NCBI GenBank assembly: GCA_965214705.1 | Contig: CBDCCI010000002.1 | Span: 2,208,001 to 2,272,000, forward strand | Source: Alphaproteobacteria bacterium | GTDB taxonomy: Bacteria; Pseudomonadota; Alphaproteobacteria; UBA828 | Reading direction: 5' to 3' | DNA length: 64,000 bases | In this document: positions 60,203 through 64,000 of the stretch, piece after piece | Layout: each line of letters starts with the position of its first letter | Numbering within the stretch: position 1 is the stretch's first letter | Notes under the pieces: model-generated | What the model saw: only the letters and a program-made list of their open reading frames with translations | Told to the model about the DNA's origin: nothing | The model's database searches: none | Made by a program: the position numbers and the translations under genes

Positions 60203-61183
60203 TCACCGGACGCGCCGTCTGCTGAGGGCAATCGCGAACCAGATGATGAGACCCTTGACGGCAAGTTGCAAAGACGGATCCACCCCCACGAGATTGAGCC
60301 CGTTGTTGAGAACGCCGATGATCAGGCTTCCGACCACGGCTCCGACGATCGTCCCTGTACCGCCGCCGAGCGCGGCGCCGCCGAGGATGACCGCCGCGAT
60401 CACGTCCAGCTCGATCCCGGCACCGGCGTCCGGCCGGGCGGCGTGGGAACGCGCGGTCAGCACCAGCGCCGCCAGCCCCGCCAGCATTCCGGTGATCGTA
60501 AGCGTCGTGACCTTCACGAAGTCCGTATTGACGCCCGAATAGCGCGCCGCGGTGGTGTTGCCGCCGGTCGCGTAGATCTTGCGGCCGAAGGTGCTGAAAT
60601 GAAGGAGGATGACGCCGCCGATGGCACAGACGATGGTCCACACGATCGGCACAGGGATGCCGACCAGGTGGCCCTCGCCGAAGATCATGATGTAGTCCTC
60701 GCTGAGGATGTTCACCGGGCGCGTGCCGGTAACGAGCAGCGCCAATCCCCGCGCGATACTGAGCGATCCCAGCGTGATCAGGAACGAGGGCATCCCGAGC
60801 TTGACGGTCAGCAGGCCATTGACCATGCCCACCATGGCGCCGGTCGACAGCGCCACCACGGCGCCCACGATCCATTCGTGCCCGACCATCTTCATCGTGA
60901 TGGCGGCGAATACGCCGGACAGCGCCATGGTCGAGCCGACGGAAAGATCGAATTCGCCGTTGATGATCACGAGCGCCATGCCGACGGCGATGATCGAGAC
61001 CAGCGTCGTCTGGCGCCCGATATTGGCGAAGTTCTCGGCACTCAGGAAGACGGGCGATGCGAAGGCGAAGGCGATCATGAGCGCGAGCAGCCCGAGGTAG
61101 ATCAGGCCGCCCGACGCGATTAGCGTCTGCCAAGCGGTACGGAGCGTTCCGGCGCCAGTCGGTTCCGGATCCGTGTCGCTCAT
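60203..61183 (-). CDS. Sugar ABC transporter permease (paralogue of 57641-58606)
   Basis: Same RbsC-type motifs; long shared blocks (IGRQT.LVSIIAVGM, ARSHAARPD). Confidence 0.93.
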   Translation of the reverse strand: MSDTDPEPTGAGTLRTAWQTLIASGGLIYLGLLALMIAFAFASPVFLSAENFANIGRQTTLVSIIAVGMALVIINGEFDLSVGSTMALSGVFAAITMKMVGHEWIVGAVVALSTGAMVGMVNGLLTVKLGMPSFLITLGSLSIARGLALLVTGTRPVNILSEDYIMIFGEGHLVGIPVPIVWTIVCAIGGVILLHFSTFGRKIYATGGNTTAARYSGVNTDFVKVTTLTITGMLAGLAALVLTARSHAARPDAGAGIELDVIAAVILGGAALGGGTGTIVGAVVGSLIIGVLNNGLNLVGVDPSLQLAVKGLIIWFAIALSRRRVR

Positions 61184-62349
61184 GAACCGAGCGACACCCA
61201 GCCACTTGTCTCGCCGGACTCGAGGATCCCGTCTGCAATCGTTGAAATCCGCCAGCCATCCTCGAAGTCAGGCGATACACTTCCGCCGGCCACGATGGCG
61301 GAGATGAAATCGTGGCACTCGATGATCTTGGTCTCGCCGTAGCCCGTACCAAGCCCAGGGATGGGCCAGAGCGCATCGCCGTAGGGATGGGCGGGGCCCG
61401 TGTAGACCGTGCGGAAACCGCGCGCGTCCGCCGGATCGTCCGCGAACATGACCTGCAGCTCGTCGAGCCGCTCATAGTTGAACGCAATGGAGCCTTCGCT
61501 GCCATGCACCTCGAAGGTCAGGAAATTGTTGCGGCCATAGGCGTTGCGCGTCGCCTCGACCGAGCCGACCGCGCCGTTCTCGAACTTCAATAGTGCGATC
61601 ATCTCGTCGTCGACGTCGACCTTGCCGCGCGGTCCGCCTCCACTCTTGTCGGACGCCCCCAGCTTGTCCAGTCCGCCGGCTTGCAGCGGTCGATCCTTGA
61701 TATAGGTGTGGACCATGGCGTTAACGGCGGTGACCTCGCCAACCAAATAGCGTGCGAAATCGAGGACATGCGTTCCGATGTCGCCGACCGTGCCGGCGCC
61801 GGCGATGTCCTTCTGGAAGCGCCACGACAGCGGGCCGTTAGGATCGGCCGACCAGTCCTGAAGGTAGGTTCCGCGGAAGTTGAGGATTCGGCCGATGCGG
61901 CCCTCCTCGATGTAATTTTTGGCGAGCGCGACAGCCGGCGTGCGGCGGTAGTTGAAGGCCACCATGGTGACGGTCCCGGCCTTGCGGGCCGCATCGAGCA
62001 TGGTCCTGGCCTCGGCGCCGGAGCGCGCCAGCGGCTTTTCGCACAAGACATGCTTGCCCGCCTCGAGCGCCGCAATGGCGATTTCCGCGTGACTGTCGTT
62101 CGGCGTGACGATATCGACCACGTCGATGTCATCGCGGGTAACCGCTTCCTTCCAGTCGCCGGTCGATTCCTCAAAGCCGAAGCGAGCGGCGCCAACGGCG
62201 GCGAGGTCGGCCGTTATGTCGGCCAGGACTTTCCTCAGCGGCACGGCCGGTGCCGGCCAGAAGAACATCGGCATTGTGGCATAGGCCATCGCGTGCGCCT
62301 TGCCCATGAATCCGCCACCGATCATGGCGATGCTAAGCGTCCTGGTCAT
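61180..62349 (-). CDS. lgdA: Levoglucosan dehydrogenase homologue (Gfo/Idh/MocA)
   Basis: GGGFMGKAH..AYA.MPMFFWPAPA, FNYRRTPAVALAK, YLQDWSADP..PLSWRFQK, EATRNA.GRNN, GFRTVYTGPAHPYG..LWPIP.LG.GYGETKIIE agree closely with the Pseudarthrobacter LGDH sequence as recalled. Confidence 0.82.
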   Translation of the reverse strand: MTRTLSIAMIGGGFMGKAHAMAYATMPMFFWPAPAVPLRKVLADITADLAAVGAARFGFEESTGDWKEAVTRDDIDVVDIVTPNDSHAEIAIAALEAGKHVLCEKPLARSGAEARTMLDAARKAGTVTMVAFNYRRTPAVALAKNYIEEGRIGRILNFRGTYLQDWSADPNGPLSWRFQKDIAGAGTVGDIGTHVLDFARYLVGEVTAVNAMVHTYIKDRPLQAGGLDKLGASDKSGGGPRGKVDVDDEMIALLKFENGAVGSVEATRNAYGRNNFLTFEVHGSEGSIAFNYERLDELQVMFADDPADARGFRTVYTGPAHPYGDALWPIPGLGTGYGETKIIECHDFISAIVAGGSVSPDFEDGWRISTIADGILESGETSGWVSLGS

Positions 62350-62414
62350 TCTGTCCAACCGTTTGCTGAAAGTGAGACTGGCTTCCCGTCATGCGCCCGC
62401 ACCTGCCGCACGGG

Positions 62415-63248
62415 TCACGCCTGTGCGGCCTCGGAGCGCTGCAGATAGGCCATGCTGCGGGCTGCAGCCGCCCTGGGATCCGGCCAACTGTCGAGCTCGA
62501 CCAGGATCCAGCCGTCGTAGGCGATGTCGCGCAACGCGTCGATCACCGTGTCCATGTTCAGACTGCCCTCGTCGAGTGGCGTGAAGGCAAAGGGCTTCGC
62601 CTGGAAGCCCTTCAGATGAACGTAGGAGATGCGGTCCCGATGCTCCCGGATCAGGGCCGGAACGTCGGCGCCGGCAGCCGCGAGATGGGCGGTATCCGGG
62701 CAGAGGTCGATCGAGGTCTCGGCCAAGGCTGAACGCACTTCTTCGGCGTTCTCGGCGATCGTTGTCAGGTGGGGATGATAGTGTGCGGTCAATCCGTGCT
62801 TACGGGCGATTTCAACGACCCGCTCGAGACCCGCTCCGAGGCGCTTGAAGTCGTCCGGCCTGGAGCCGCCGGCGCGCTTGGCGCCCCCGCCGACCACCAG
62901 ATAGGCGGCGCCGGCCTCGACCGCCGCCGCCGCGCCGCGCTCGATACGGACCAGCTCTTCCTCGAGAATCTCTTCAAAGATGAAGTTGGCGCCCGCATAG
63001 ATTGCGAGAAGCCGGACGCCGTTCGCGTCGAGCACCATTCTCAGGTCGCCGAGACGATCCTCGTAGTCGAGAAGATTGCCGTCGAAGAGCTCGCAACCGC
63101 TATAGCCCAGCTCGCCGATTTCGCGGATCGCCTGCTCCATATCGCCGAAGGTGCGGTAGGTGAGCCGGGTGATCGAGGTTACGCCGACCGCATCGCCGCC
63201 GAGGCCGCCCCAGCAATTGGCGTGATAGGCCTTGTTCCAAGTGGTCAT
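62415..63248 (-). CDS. Sugar phosphate isomerase/epimerase TIM barrel, LgdB-like
   Basis: ELFDGN, HYHPH, LCPDTAH, YVHLK, LDEG, YDGW..VELD metal motifs; WG..GG.AVGVTSI..L.YR N-terminus resembles lgdA-linked proteins (recall). Confidence 0.75.
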   Translation of the reverse strand: MTTWNKAYHANCWGGLGGDAVGVTSITRLTYRTFGDMEQAIREIGELGYSGCELFDGNLLDYEDRLGDLRMVLDANGVRLLAIYAGANFIFEEILEEELVRIERGAAAAVEAGAAYLVVGGGAKRAGGSRPDDFKRLGAGLERVVEIARKHGLTAHYHPHLTTIAENAEEVRSALAETSIDLCPDTAHLAAAGADVPALIREHRDRISYVHLKGFQAKPFAFTPLDEGSLNMDTVIDALRDIAYDGWILVELDSWPDPRAAAARSMAYLQRSEAAQA

Positions 63249-63398
63249 GGTGTTCCTTTCGCGGCGTCGTCATCGTCCAAGAGTGCCGGTGGGTCGCACG
63301 CCTCCGCCCCGAGCGAACCAGAGCACTGCAGTTGCCGTTCTCCCGTTCGGGGTGCTCCCACATGCCGCGCCAGGCGGCAGACGGGGCAGCCGCCTCAC

Positions 63399-64000
63399 TT
63401 AGTTCCCGAAGAACTTCAGGTATTCGGCGGCAAGAGCCTCGGGGCATTCCTCGGCAAGCTGGTGCCCCTTCGGCAGGATGACACCGCGCACGTCCTCGGC
63501 AACCTCGCGCATCTGGCGCTCATTGTCCTCGGCGATGAAATACTGGCTGCCGACTGCCAGCACCGGCATCTTCAGCTTGGTCTTCGCCGCCTCCCTGTTC
63601 TGCCGGCCCGACTCCAGCGTCGCCCGGTAAATGGCGAAGCAGCAGCGCAGGCCGCCGGGCGACGAGTAGCAGCGAATATACTCGTTGAGATTCTCGTCGC
63701 TGATCGCGGTGGGATCGTTGCACTCGTGCTTGATAAAGTAGGTGAAATACTCGCGCTCCCGCCCGGTGATAAGCAGCTCCGGGAAGTCCGGCACGTTGTA
63801 GAAGTTGATGTGCCAGAGCCAGACATAGGTGCTGACGTTCTCGTGCGTGAGGAACGAATAGTCCTCGAGGCCGTATCCCGGCAGGATCATCTCCTGATAG
63901 CAGAGCTTCTTCACCCGTTCCGGATAGGCGGCCGCCAACTGATAGGCGGTGGAGGCTCCCCAATCCTCGCCTGCCACTTCGAAGGTCTCGTACCCCAGAT
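63399..64000 (-). CDS. Alpha/beta hydrolase (epoxide hydrolase-like), 5' end outside window
   Basis: GEDWG nucleophile, WH..F...PD.PE.LI.GRE..Y, YRA, GH..AEE.P. Confidence 0.85.
   Translation of the reverse strand, partial: LGYETFEVAGEDWGASTAYQLAAAYPERVKKLCYQEMILPGYGLEDYSFLTHENVSTYVWLWHINFYNVPDFPELLITGREREYFTYFIKHECNDPTAISDENLNEYIRCYSSPGGLRCCFAIYRATLESGRQNREAAKTKLKMPVLAVGSQYFIAEDNERQMREVAEDVRGVILPKGHQLAEECPEALAAEYLKFFGN

Overview
High-GC bacterial chromosomal window, most likely from an alphaproteobacterium (alpha-type RpsU, split pntAA/pntAB/pntB, purE-purK and ispB neighbourhood). (1) 1-13.7 kb is an accessory zone. It has a lower-GC di-haem oxidoreductase + YVTN beta-propeller pair, a candidate structured RNA and a DUF2147 gene. 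It also has a dense IS cluster whose ends and target duplications can be read directly: an intact IS1380, a truncated IS1380, an IS1380 with an IS1634 nested inside it, and an IS66-family element carrying a translationally coupled DNA adenine methyltransferase-like gene. (2) 13.7-49.5 kb is mostly metabolic and housekeeping: PuuE-like allantoinase, a Zur-box-preceded His/Asp-rich outer-membrane protein, a PEP mutase-nucleotidyltransferase fusion next to a PhyH dioxygenase and hydantoinase A/B, acdS, pnt, rpsU, purEK, pcm, ispB and iorAB-like genes. (3) 49.6-53.8 kb looks like a mobile-element relic with three tandem RHH/MobC-like paralogues and a DUF1173-like gene. (4) 55-64 kb is a sugar catabolic cluster with a close levoglucosan dehydrogenase (LgdA) homologue, an LgdB-like TIM barrel, a sugar ABC transporter and an agarase-like glycoside hydrolase. 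No rRNA, tRNA or CRISPR array was recognised. All family assignments come from motif recognition by eye, not database searches.
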